In this document: positions 22,460-31,502 of the stretch, one piece after another
Layout: every line of letters begins with the position of its first letter
How positions within the stretch are numbered: the stretch's first letter is position 1
NCBI GenBank assembly: GCA_030833185.1
Contig: JAURHQ010000002.1
Coordinates: forward strand, 4,870 to 68,869
From: Gammaproteobacteria bacterium
GTDB taxonomy: Bacteria; Pseudomonadota; Gammaproteobacteria; Ga0077536
Length of the DNA: 64,000 nucleotides
Direction of reading: 5' to 3'
Translations under genes and position numbers: made by a program
Notes under the pieces: model-generated
The model's input: only the letters and a program-made list of their open reading frames with translations
What the model was told of the DNA's origin: nothing
Databases searched by the model: none

Positions 22460-25400
22460 ATGGACGACCTGAGTCGGCAAAGCCCGCTGCAGCCAATGCT
22501 GCCGCCCCTCAAACCCGGGCTGACCCGCTGGTCGCGCTTGCACGGCGCGGCGCGCGCGCTGGCCATTGCACGCAGCGTTGAAGCCTCTGGCGGCTTTGCG
22601 CTGGTGGTCTGTGCCGACTCCCAGAGCGCCGCCCAGCTGGACGCTGAAATTCCGTTTTTTGCGCCGGATTTGCCGAAATATCACCTGCCGGACTGGGAGA
22701 CCCTGCCCTACGACCGGTTCAGTCCTTATCAGGACATCATCTCCGACCGGATCGCGACCCTCTCGAGCCTGCCCAGCTTGCGGCGTGGCATCCTGATCGT
22801 ATCGATGGCCTCCTTGCTCCATCGCCTGCCGCCGCGGACCTGGTTGCAGGGGCAGAGCTTTCTGCTGACGACCGGGCAGACGCTGGATCGCGACGCCTTT
22901 CGCCGACAGCTGCAGGAGGCCGGTTACCGCAGCGTGCCGCAGGTGATGGACCACGGCGACTTTGCCATTCGCGGTTCCCTGGTCGACGTTTTCCCGATGG
23001 GCGAAGACGCCCCGTTCCGCATTGATCTCTTCGGCGACGAAATCGAAGCCCTGCGGCGCTTCGACCCCGAGACCCAGCGGTCTACCGAAGCGATCGAGAA
23101 AATCCGCATTCTGCCCGCGCGCGAAGTGCCGCTGTCCGCAGAGGGCATCAGCACCTTCCGTCGCAACTGGCGCCTGGCCTTTGAAGGCAAGCCGACCGCC
23201 AGCCCGGTGTTTGAGGACATCAGCGACGGGATGGCGCCCGCCGGCATCGAGTATTACCTGCCGCTGTTTTTCGACGGCGTCTCGACGCTATTCGACTATC
23301 TGCCGGCGAATAGCCTGGTCATGATCGACGGCACAGCCAGCGAGGCCGGCGAGTCATTTCGTCGGACCGTAGACGAGCGCTATGAGCAATTACGCCACGA
23401 CGTTGAGCGTCCGCTGTTGCCGCCCGCGCGCCTGTTTCTGGACGCGGCCGAACTGGCGCAGGCGCTGGCCGGCTATGCACGCATTCAGCTTGATCCGCCG
23501 GAATGGGACGAGCGCGCACGCGCGGTGGTCTTTGGCACGCAGCCCGGTGCGCGTCTGCCGATCGATTCGCGCGCACGCACGCCGCTGCTGGCGGTCGACG
23601 AGTTTCTAATCCGCCACAGCGGTCGCGTGCTGTTCGTGGCGGAATCGAACGGCCGTCGCGAAACCATGATCGAACTGTTCCGGGCGCATGGTCTTCCCTT
23701 GAAGCCGGTGCAGGACTGGGCCGAGTTTGTCGCGGGCGATGCGACCGTGGCGCTGACCGTCGGCCCGTTGGCCGAGGGCGTGGAAATTGCCGAGCCGCTG
23801 CTGACCATCGTCACCGAAAGCCAGCTGTTCGGCGAACGCGCCGCGCAGCGCCGACGTCGACGCCGCAGCACCGTCGATCAGGACGCCGTGGTGCGCAATC
23901 TGGCCGAACTGCGGATTGGCGCGGCGGTGGTGCACGAGCAGTACGGCGTGGGCCGCTATCTCGGGCTCGAAGTGCTGGCGATGGGCGACGTCAGCAACGA
24001 ATTCATCAAGCTGGAATACGCCGACGGCGACAAGCTGTATGTGCCGGTGTCTTCGCTCGCGCTGATCAGCCGTTACACCGGCATGGATCCGGACCGCGCG
24101 CCGCTGCACAAGCTGGGCAGCGGGCAGTGGGACAAGGCGCGCCGCAAGGCGGCCGAACGCATTCGCGATGTGGCCGCCGAGCTGCTGGAAATTCATGCGC
24201 GCCGGGCCGCACGCCGCGGGCATGCTTTCGATCTGGACCGGGAGGGCTATCTGGCCTTCGAGCAGGGCTTCCCCTTCGAGGAAACGCCCGACCAGCTGGC
24301 GGCGATCGAAGCCGTGACGGCGGATATGCAAAAGCCGCAGCCCATGGACCGCTTGATCTGCGGCGACGTCGGCTTCGGCAAAACGGAAGTCGCGATGCGC
24401 GCGGCGTGGATCGCGGTCAGCGGCGGCCGGCAGGTGGCGGTGCTGGTGCCCACCACGTTGCTCGCCCAGCAGCACTATCAGACCTTCCGCGATCGCTTTG
24501 CCGACTGGCCGGTGCGCATCGGGCAGCTCTCGCGTTTCCGCGATTCCGGCGAGATGCGCAGCACGCTGGCCGAACTCGCGGCGGGGACGGTCGACATCGT
24601 GGTCGGCACCCACAAGCTGCTGGGCCGCGAGGTGCAGTTCAAGAATCTGGGACTGGTCATCATCGACGAGGAGCACCGCTTCGGCGTGCGGCAGAAAGAG
24701 CAGTTCAAGGCGCTGCGCGCGGAGGTCGACATCCTCACCCTCACCGCCACCCCCATTCCACGCACGCTCAATATGGCGCTGTCGGGTACGCGAGAGCTGT
24801 CTGTCATCGCGACCGCGCCGTCGAAGCGTCTGGCGGTGCAGACCTTCATCCACGAATGGTCCGATGAACTGATCCGCGAGGCGCTGATGCGTGAACTGGC
24901 GCGCGGCGGGCAGGTGTATTTCGTCTACAACGATGTCGACACCATCGAGAAAATTGCCGGAGAGCTGGCCGCGCTGGTGCCGCAGGCGCGGGTGCGCCAC
25001 GCGCACGGTCAGATGCGCGAGAAGGAGCTTGAGCAGGTGATGCTCGATTTCTATCACCGTCGCTGCAATGTGCTGGTGTGTACCACCATCATCGAAACCG
25101 GCATCGACGTGCCTAACGCCAACACCATGATCATCTATCGCGCGGACCGCTTCGGTCTGGCGCAACTCTATCAGCTGCGGGGACGGGTCGGGCGCTCACA
25201 TCATCGGGCCTATGCCTATCTCATCGTGCCGCCGCGCAAGTCGATGACGGCCGACGCGGTGAAGCGACTGGAAGCCATCGAGTCGCTGGAAGATCTGGGC
25301 ATCGGCTTCACGCTGGCGACCCACGACATGGAAATCCGCGGTGCCGGTGAAATCCTGGGCGAGGACCAGAGCGGGCAAATTCAGGAAATTGGTTTCGGGC

Positions 25401-25909
25401 TTTACAGCGAATTGTTGAACCGGGCGGTTTCGGCGCTTAAATCCGGCCGTCAGCCGGATCTGGAAAGCCTGAGCGCGCGAGCCTGCGAAGCCGATCTCCA
25501 TCTGCCGGCCTTGTTGCCGGAAGATTATCTGCCCGACGTGCACGCGCGACTGGTCTTGTACAAGCGCATTGCGACCGCGGCCGATGACCATGAACTGCAA
25601 CTCCTCAAGGAAGAACTCGTCGACCGGCTAGGCCCGTGCACGCAGCCGGTTCACAATCTGTTCCGGCAGACCTCGCTCAAACTCCGCGCGGATGCGCTGG
25701 GCATGCGGCGGGTGGATATTTCCAGACAGGGCGGGCTGTTCGAGTTCCGACCACAGGCGGAGGTGGAGCCTTTGAAAGTGATCAAGCTGATCCAGTCCGA
25801 CCGTCACTATCGTCTGGATGGACAGGACAAGCTGCGCCTGCGCAAGGATCTGGCGGATGACGAGGCGCGCTTTCGTGAGCTTGAGTCGCTGCTGGAGCGG
25901 CTGGCGTGA
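22460..25909 (+). CDS. mfd: transcription-repair coupling factor
   Basis: 1149 aa. CarD-like 'VVHEQYGVGRYLG', helicase 'GDVGFGKTEVAMRAA', 'IIDEEHRFGV', 'LRGRVGRS', TRG motif region. Confidence 0.97.
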   Translation: MDDLSRQSPLQPMLPPLKPGLTRWSRLHGAARALAIARSVEASGGFALVVCADSQSAAQLDAEIPFFAPDLPKYHLPDWETLPYDRFSPYQDIISDRIATLSSLPSLRRGILIVSMASLLHRLPPRTWLQGQSFLLTTGQTLDRDAFRRQLQEAGYRSVPQVMDHGDFAIRGSLVDVFPMGEDAPFRIDLFGDEIEALRRFDPETQRSTEAIEKIRILPAREVPLSAEGISTFRRNWRLAFEGKPTASPVFEDISDGMAPAGIEYYLPLFFDGVSTLFDYLPANSLVMIDGTASEAGESFRRTVDERYEQLRHDVERPLLPPARLFLDAAELAQALAGYARIQLDPPEWDERARAVVFGTQPGARLPIDSRARTPLLAVDEFLIRHSGRVLFVAESNGRRETMIELFRAHGLPLKPVQDWAEFVAGDATVALTVGPLAEGVEIAEPLLTIVTESQLFGERAAQRRRRRRSTVDQDAVVRNLAELRIGAAVVHEQYGVGRYLGLEVLAMGDVSNEFIKLEYADGDKLYVPVSSLALISRYTGMDPDRAPLHKLGSGQWDKARRKAAERIRDVAAELLEIHARRAARRGHAFDLDREGYLAFEQGFPFEETPDQLAAIEAVTADMQKPQPMDRLICGDVGFGKTEVAMRAAWIAVSGGRQVAVLVPTTLLAQQHYQTFRDRFADWPVRIGQLSRFRDSGEMRSTLAELAAGTVDIVVGTHKLLGREVQFKNLGLVIIDEEHRFGVRQKEQFKALRAEVDILTLTATPIPRTLNMALSGTRELSVIATAPSKRLAVQTFIHEWSDELIREALMRELARGGQVYFVYNDVDTIEKIAGELAALVPQARVRHAHGQMREKELEQVMLDFYHRRCNVLVCTTIIETGIDVPNANTMIIYRADRFGLAQLYQLRGRVGRSHHRAYAYLIVPPRKSMTADAVKRLEAIESLEDLGIGFTLATHDMEIRGAGEILGEDQSGQIQEIGFGLYSELLNRAVSALKSGRQPDLESLSARACEADLHLPALLPEDYLPDVHARLVLYKRIATAADDHELQLLKEELVDRLGPCTQPVHNLFRQTSLKLRADALGMRRVDISRQGGLFEFRPQAEVEPLKVIKLIQSDRHYRLDGQDKLRLRKDLADDEARFRELESLLERLA

Positions 25910-26526
25910 GAGGGCTTGGCCGCTGGCTGCTGCTGGGCTGTTGCCTGCTCGGCGGCGTGGCGCGCGCCGACGGGCCGGTGACCGTCGAACTGATCCTGTT
26001 CCGCTACACCGAAGCCGTGGACCCGGCGCGCTGGCCGCCGACTACCGGCACGCCGGATTTTGCCAGCGCCACGGCGCTGCAGCCCGCGCCCGACAGCGGC
26101 GAGGCGGGTTTTTTCACCGCGCTGCCCAAGCGCGAACTGCGGCTCGCGGCGGTTAGCACGGCGCTGCGCCGCGCGGGCGCTTACGAGGTGTTGTTGCACA
26201 CGGCCTGGCGGCAACCCGCCCGCGCCGCCGGGCCGATTTATTTGCAGTCCGAGCCGCCGGCGGAGGGCGTAGTGCCCGCGCTGGAGGGCAGCCTGCAACT
26301 GCGGGAGGCCGGCGCCGCCGAGATCCGATTGTCAGGAAATTTTCTGGTGCAGGTCGGCGATCAGCAGGTGAAGGTGGGTCCCAACCAGAACCTCCGTCCG
26401 CAAGAACTGCGCTACATCGACCACGCCCTGCTGGGTCTGCTGGTGCAGGTGACGCCGGACGGCGACGCGGTTGACGCGTCGCCCGCACCGCCAACCGCGG
26501 CCGCTAACCCGGGTCCTGCGGACTGA
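25906..26526 (+). CDS. CsiV-family (DUF2803-like) periplasmic protein
   Basis: Signal peptide 'GRWLLLGCCLLGGVARA', 'VTVELILFRY' and the position directly after mfd (GTG overlaps the mfd stop). Family assignment is from memory of the mfd-csiV linkage in other gammaproteobacteria. Confidence 0.55.
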   Translation: MRGLGRWLLLGCCLLGGVARADGPVTVELILFRYTEAVDPARWPPTTGTPDFASATALQPAPDSGEAGFFTALPKRELRLAAVSTALRRAGAYEVLLHTAWRQPARAAGPIYLQSEPPAEGVVPALEGSLQLREAGAAEIRLSGNFLVQVGDQQVKVGPNQNLRPQELRYIDHALLGLLVQVTPDGDAVDASPAPPTAAANPGPAD

Positions 26527-27268
26527 GTCCCAGCGCCAGCGTCGCGCCGACCACGGCCAGCACGCGGCCCATGCCTGCGCGCAGGTGGCCCATGATTTCC
26601 TCCAGCGAGACCGTCTCGCCACCGCCCACGCCCGCCGCCCAGTTCACCACCAGCGAGAGCGTGGCGTAGCCCAGACCGGCTTCACGGGCCAGCGCGGCTT
26701 CCGGCATGCCGGTCATGCCGACCAGCGTGCAGCCGTCGCGGGCCATGCGGGCGATTTCGGCAGCGGACTCGAGCCGCGGCCCCTGCGTGGCGCCATAGAC
26801 GCCGCCGCTGACGGCCAGATGACCCGCGCGCGCTGCCCCGGCCAGCAGCAACTGGCGCAGGTCTTCGCTGTAGGGCTGCGTGAAGTCGACATGGTCGACT
26901 GCTGCGCCCATGCCGTCGTAAAACGTGTGCTCGCGGCCGTAGGTGTAATCGATAATCTGGTCGGGCACGACCATCACACCAGGCCCGGCTTCGGGCCCGA
27001 TGCCGCCGACCGCCGTTACCGCGAGGATGTCGGTAATGCCGGCATCGCGCAGCGCCGCCACGTTCGCGCGGTAGTTGATTCGGTGCGGCGGCAGGCTGTG
27101 CGCTTCACCGTGCCGCGGCAGAAACACCACCGGCGAGCCCGCGAACGTGCCCTCGCAGAGGGGCGCCGAGGGCGCTCCCCAAGGGGTCATGACCTGACGG
27201 CGTGCGCTCACGCTAAGCGCTTCGAGCTGATCCAGTCCGCTGCCACCGATAATTGCAAAACGTCTCAT
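26504..27268 (-). CDS. MTAP-family purine nucleoside phosphorylase, short form (probable 5'-methylthioinosine phosphorylase)
   Basis: 'IIGGSGL', 'FLPRHGEAHSLPPHRINYRAN', 'VGMTGMPEAALARE', about 254 aa. Specificity is inferred from the co-occurrence of mtaD. Confidence 0.85.
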   Translation of the reverse strand: MRRFAIIGGSGLDQLEALSVSARRQVMTPWGAPSAPLCEGTFAGSPVVFLPRHGEAHSLPPHRINYRANVAALRDAGITDILAVTAVGGIGPEAGPGVMVVPDQIIDYTYGREHTFYDGMGAAVDHVDFTQPYSEDLRQLLLAGAARAGHLAVSGGVYGATQGPRLESAAEIARMARDGCTLVGMTGMPEAALAREAGLGYATLSLVVNWAAGVGGGETVSLEEIMGHLRAGMGRVLAVVGATLALGLSPQDPG

Positions 27269-27335
27269 AGAGCCTCCACGGCGAAAAAGTTAATCCCTTG
27301 TCCGGCGCGGATTGCCGCGCGACCGCACCGCGGGC

Positions 27336-28214
27336 TTATCGGGATGTTCGGGACAGCGCCTGTCGCCCCGCCCAGTCGCGCGCAAACTGCTGGGCCGAGC
27401 GACCACTGCGCGAGCCGTGCAGCAGCGCCCATTGCAGTGCTGCGTGACGGGCTTCGGCGCTTTCGGGTTCGGCAACACCCAGCTGCTTCAGCCAGTGCAC
27501 GACGATGTCCAGATACCGCGCCTGATTGAACTGATGAAACGACAGCCAGAGGCCGAAGCGTTCGGAGAGCGAGATTTTTTCTTCCACCGCTTCGCTCTGA
27601 TGCACTTCGCCGTCTTCGTCGTAGCGCGCGTCCTGATTGTCGCGCTGACGTTCGGGCACCAGATGGCGCCGGTTTGAGGTCGCGTAGATCAGCAGGTTGT
27701 CGGGAGCACCGAGCACGGAGCCGTCGAGCACTGTTTTCAGCGCGCGATAGGTCTGGTCGTGCTCATCAAACGCCAGATCGTCACAGAACACGATGAACCG
27801 TCCGGTCCGGTCGGCCAGCGTGTCGACGATTTCGGGCAGGTCGATCAGGTCCTGACGTTCGACCTCGACGAGGCGGAGTCCATCCTTGGCATAGGTGTTG
27901 AGCAGCGCCTTGACCAGCGAGGACTTGCCGGTGCCGCGGGGCCCCCACAGCAGCGCGTTATTGGCGGGCAGCCCGGCGAGAAACTGGCGGGTGTTGCGCT
28001 CGAGTTCGGCGCGGGGTTCGTCGATGTGCTGCAGGTCGTCGAGGCTGATGCTGCTGAAGCGGGTGATGGGATCCAGCCAGCCCTGCTGATTTCGTTTGCG
28101 CCAGCGCCAGGCGATGCCGTCGTCGAGCGCGGCGGGGCGGGGTGGCGGGAGCAGGGCTTCGAGGCGCACGAGCAGGCTTTCGGCGCGAGCAAGCAGGGAG
28201 TCGGTAGGAGTCAT
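27336..28214 (-). CDS. AAA-type ATP-binding protein (DUF815 / COG2607 family)
   Basis: Walker A 'LWGPRGTGKSSL', Walker B 'FIVFCDDLAF', typical length of about 290 aa. Confidence 0.75.
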   Translation of the reverse strand: MTPTDSLLARAESLLVRLEALLPPPRPAALDDGIAWRWRKRNQQGWLDPITRFSSISLDDLQHIDEPRAELERNTRQFLAGLPANNALLWGPRGTGKSSLVKALLNTYAKDGLRLVEVERQDLIDLPEIVDTLADRTGRFIVFCDDLAFDEHDQTYRALKTVLDGSVLGAPDNLLIYATSNRRHLVPERQRDNQDARYDEDGEVHQSEAVEEKISLSERFGLWLSFHQFNQARYLDIVVHWLKQLGVAEPESAEARHAALQWALLHGSRSGRSAQQFARDWAGRQALSRTSR

Positions 28215-28269
28215 GGGGACGGTGCGCCTTTAGTCTGAACCGGCGCGATTGTAACCGCTGCGGCGTCGC

Positions 28270-31131
28270 TTATGAGGCGCCAGTCCCCCCCAGTGCAAGC
28301 AAGGCCTGCGAGAGCTTGCGCTCAATCCGCAGCTTCTGCCGCAGCACTTCGAGCAGCGGGCGGTGCTCCAGTTCGCGGGCGCGCAGCAGGCGGTCGGAGA
28401 GTTCCAGATCGGTAATGAACACCGGATATTTGCCGCCGCTGCCCCGCAGCGACTGCACGGCGCCGGCGATCGCAGCGAACAGGCCCGGCCCGTGCTCGGC
28501 GGAAGAAAACTCCCGATCGTCGAGATAGGCCACAAAGCTCGTATTGGCGGCCTCGTCCAGATCCACAAACAGCCGCAATGGCAGGAATTGACGGCGGGCC
28601 GAGGTGGACGGGACCACCGGCTGCACCGTGAATTCGCCGGGGGCGCGCCGTTGCAACAGGGCAAAACGCAGCGCCAGCGGCGCTCGCTCGGCGGCCTCTT
28701 CAAAGCCCGCGGCATGCGTATGGGCGCTTTCGAAAAACTGCCGCAAGTGGCTGAAAAAAGTTTGCACATCGGTGTCCTGATGGACGAAGCCAACGAGACT
28801 CCCGTCAGTGCCCAGCACGAAGACATCGAGACGGTCGGTGCGCAGCAGGCCAAAAATCTGCAGCGTGCCTGATTCGTTTAGCGGGTAGATGCAGTGAAAT
28901 GGCGCATCCGGGGCGCAGGCCTGATCAAATCTCACGCGCTTGAATCCGCTGACGGGTTCGCCCAGCACCTTGATCAGTGACGCCAGATTTTCGTGGGCCC
29001 GGTAGTGCGTGCCACTGTCTTCCAGCGTGAGGTCAAAAATCTTTTCGCCCAGCCGCACCGCGACCACGCTGCTAAGCGTGTCATTCACGCCCTCGCGCGC
29101 GGCGGTGAGTTCCTGCAGGAAGCGGGTCATGCGCTGCGCGATGAGCGGGCCGTAGTCGGGGTCGAAGCAGTACACGCGCGGCGCGGGGTCGATTTGTGGG
29201 CTGCTGGCGCCAAGCCGGTTGAGGTATTCGCAGGCGGCTTGTAGCGGGCTGGCGTCACCCTCGAAATGAAAGCTGAACAGCTCTTCCCAACTGGTCTCCA
29301 GCACCAGCCCGACGCTTTTCACCAGATTGACCCGACGTCCGCCAAACTGGAACGCGTCGGTCCGGTTGCTGGCGATCACACCGCGGTCGGGGCCGGATGC
29401 CGATGGGGTATCGCCGCTGAAATTCACAAAGAAGCTGGCGCTCAAGACCCGCGGCGGCAGACTCAGCGCCTGGCTGTCACCAGTACTGACGCTGCGTTCC
29501 GGATAGCGTTGTTCCAGGGTTTCCAGCAGACGACGGAGGGTGCTGGCCGGCTGCCGTCGGCCGCCCACGAAGCAATGCCAGATGGTCTGCGGGCTGTTCA
29601 GTCGGTTGAAGAAGCACCAGGACAGGACTTCAAGCTGGGAGGGCGCTCGATAGAGCGGGGTCTTGCCGTTCAGGTCGTCCGGCGTCACGCCTCCCTTGTA
29701 CAGCACCCACTGGGTGCCGGCTTTTTCAAACGTCAGCTGGTGCAGCGAGAGTTCGGGCTCCTCGGGCGCTGCGCACAGGCCGCGCGTGAGCAGTTCCAGC
29801 TTGTTTGGCTTGCGGTCGAAGGCCGCGTAGAGCTTGCGGCCGAGCACCCCGAGGTCGGCTTCGGTGATGCGGTTGTCGCCGTGCAGGCGCGCGAAATCAG
29901 ACAGTGCGGAATAACTTTTCTGCAGCGCCTTGACCAGATCGCGACGCTCTTCCTGCGCGTTCTCCAGCCGCCATTGCGGACGCTGATCGAGATGCAGGAT
30001 TTCAAATTTACCCCAACCCCATTCGTCGACCAGCTGCTGCACCAGGCTTCGGCGCCAGACCGGCGAGCGGGCATCGGCCGGGGCGCTCAGGGCTTCGGCC
30101 GCTTTGAGATAGAGCGCGCGACGCAGCACGCGCAGCCGCACCTCGTCGTCGCTCTGTCGGAGGTAGTCTTCCACCCGCCGGTAAAGCGCGACGTAGGGGT
30201 CGAGCTGGTCTAGCGTGACGTCGTTCTGCATCAGCGCGCGCTTGTAGCGATGGCTGAGCAGCTGCGCGGTATCGGGGAAGTTGGCGGCGTAGGCTTCCAT
30301 TAACAGCAGCTTCAGCACTGATTTGAACGGCGACTCGATGCTCTTGTAGAGCTGCCACACCGTAGCGCCGAAAAACTCGCCCGCAGGGATTTCCTCAAGG
30401 CCGCCAAAATCGACAAAGCGCTGCGCCTGCAGCTTGCGGCTGTGGAGGGCCTCGGCGACGTAGTCGCTGTAGCGATGGTCTTGATTTGGTGGCACCGCCC
30501 ACCACATGGGCATCAGCCCGGCGAGCAAAATACTGGACCGGTAGAACTCGTCGAGCAGCAGATAATGCTGCGAACTGCCGCTGCTTTCGGCCGACATTTC
30601 TAGCGTCGCGCCGCGCCGGAAGGTCTCGGCATCGAATACAAAGAAATGCACTTCCAGCCCCAGCTGGGCGGCGAAGTGCTCAATTCTGCTGGCCTTCTCC
30701 TGAAGCTGCTGAACCGCTTCAGGCGTGAGGCCGGGGTCGTGTACCAGCCACAGGTCAAAGTCGCTCTCCCGGGTGTGGGCGATGGTGCCCGGACTGCCCA
30801 TCAGGTAGAGCCCCAGCACGGCGAAGCTGCGAAACATGCGCTGCTCGTAGGCGAAGTTGCGGGCGAGCTGGCGGGTTGCGGCCAGCGTGCCGCGGTCGGG
30901 GCTGTAGTCGCTGACGCCGCAGGGCGCATCGAGTCCCGCATAACCCGGCAGCAAGGGATGATTGACGTGAAACAGCAGCGGCAAGCTGCGGATCAGGGCT
31001 TCCTGCCGCGGGCCCAGACACGCCAGCACCCGCTGCAGGCGGTCGCGATTGACCAGCTCGAAGCGGGCGGTGGGCGACTGCTCGCCCTCGTCGCTCATGC
31101 GGCTGTTGGTGGTGTCCGGAGTCGAAGCCAA
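28270..31131 (-). CDS. cyaA: class I adenylate cyclase
   Basis: 'LPLLFHVNHPLLPGY', 'SDFDLWLVHDPGL' and 'GSSQHYLLLDEFYRSSILLAG' match the enterobacterial/pseudomonad CyaA catalytic region. ATG 31098 is an alternative start. Confidence 0.9.
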   Translation of the reverse strand: MASTPDTTNSRMSDEGEQSPTARFELVNRDRLQRVLACLGPRQEALIRSLPLLFHVNHPLLPGYAGLDAPCGVSDYSPDRGTLAATRQLARNFAYEQRMFRSFAVLGLYLMGSPGTIAHTRESDFDLWLVHDPGLTPEAVQQLQEKASRIEHFAAQLGLEVHFFVFDAETFRRGATLEMSAESSGSSQHYLLLDEFYRSSILLAGLMPMWWAVPPNQDHRYSDYVAEALHSRKLQAQRFVDFGGLEEIPAGEFFGATVWQLYKSIESPFKSVLKLLLMEAYAANFPDTAQLLSHRYKRALMQNDVTLDQLDPYVALYRRVEDYLRQSDDEVRLRVLRRALYLKAAEALSAPADARSPVWRRSLVQQLVDEWGWGKFEILHLDQRPQWRLENAQEERRDLVKALQKSYSALSDFARLHGDNRITEADLGVLGRKLYAAFDRKPNKLELLTRGLCAAPEEPELSLHQLTFEKAGTQWVLYKGGVTPDDLNGKTPLYRAPSQLEVLSWCFFNRLNSPQTIWHCFVGGRRQPASTLRRLLETLEQRYPERSVSTGDSQALSLPPRVLSASFFVNFSGDTPSASGPDRGVIASNRTDAFQFGGRRVNLVKSVGLVLETSWEELFSFHFEGDASPLQAACEYLNRLGASSPQIDPAPRVYCFDPDYGPLIAQRMTRFLQELTAAREGVNDTLSSVVAVRLGEKIFDLTLEDSGTHYRAHENLASLIKVLGEPVSGFKRVRFDQACAPDAPFHCIYPLNESGTLQIFGLLRTDRLDVFVLGTDGSLVGFVHQDTDVQTFFSHLRQFFESAHTHAAGFEEAAERAPLALRFALLQRRAPGEFTVQPVVPSTSARRQFLPLRLFVDLDEAANTSFVAYLDDREFSSAEHGPGLFAAIAGAVQSLRGSGGKYPVFITDLELSDRLLRARELEHRPLLEVLRQKLRIERKLSQALLALGGTGAS

Positions 31132-31502
31132 AAGGGATGTACTCGAGCAATCTGCCGTGCTGGGTTGATGTGAGGCCTGGCGGAGTCTGCCCGCGCGAGC
31201 GGCGCGGCCACTCTGGCGCTAGCGGCCGCAGGGCGGGATGGCTTCAGTGCCGGCCTCAGACTGCGGTGCGCGCCGCGCAACTGGCGCCGGGTTTCGTTGA
31301 GTAGCGCGCGACCTTCCCGGATAATGCACTGCAACGCCGCGCCCGCAGTCCCGGCACTAGCCGAGCCGGTGCGCTGTTGAAGCCCCGCCGGTTGCGCAGC
31401 GTTCAGGGGCCACGCGCCCACGCTGCCCGTAAGGCGCACAATCCCGACAGGCCCTCCGCTGAGGAGGTCCTGCCCCTACTCATCCACGGAGGAATGCCAC
31501 CC

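Noticed and set aside
31132-31502. Possible ZTP (pfl) or other riboswitch in the glyA leader
   Set aside because: 'ACTGGCG'-like strings occur twice, but I could not find the paired GGGUGGA/CCACCGGG helix or the downstream CCGCCUGGGC pseudoknot element. Kept only as a low-interest unexplained long intergenic region.
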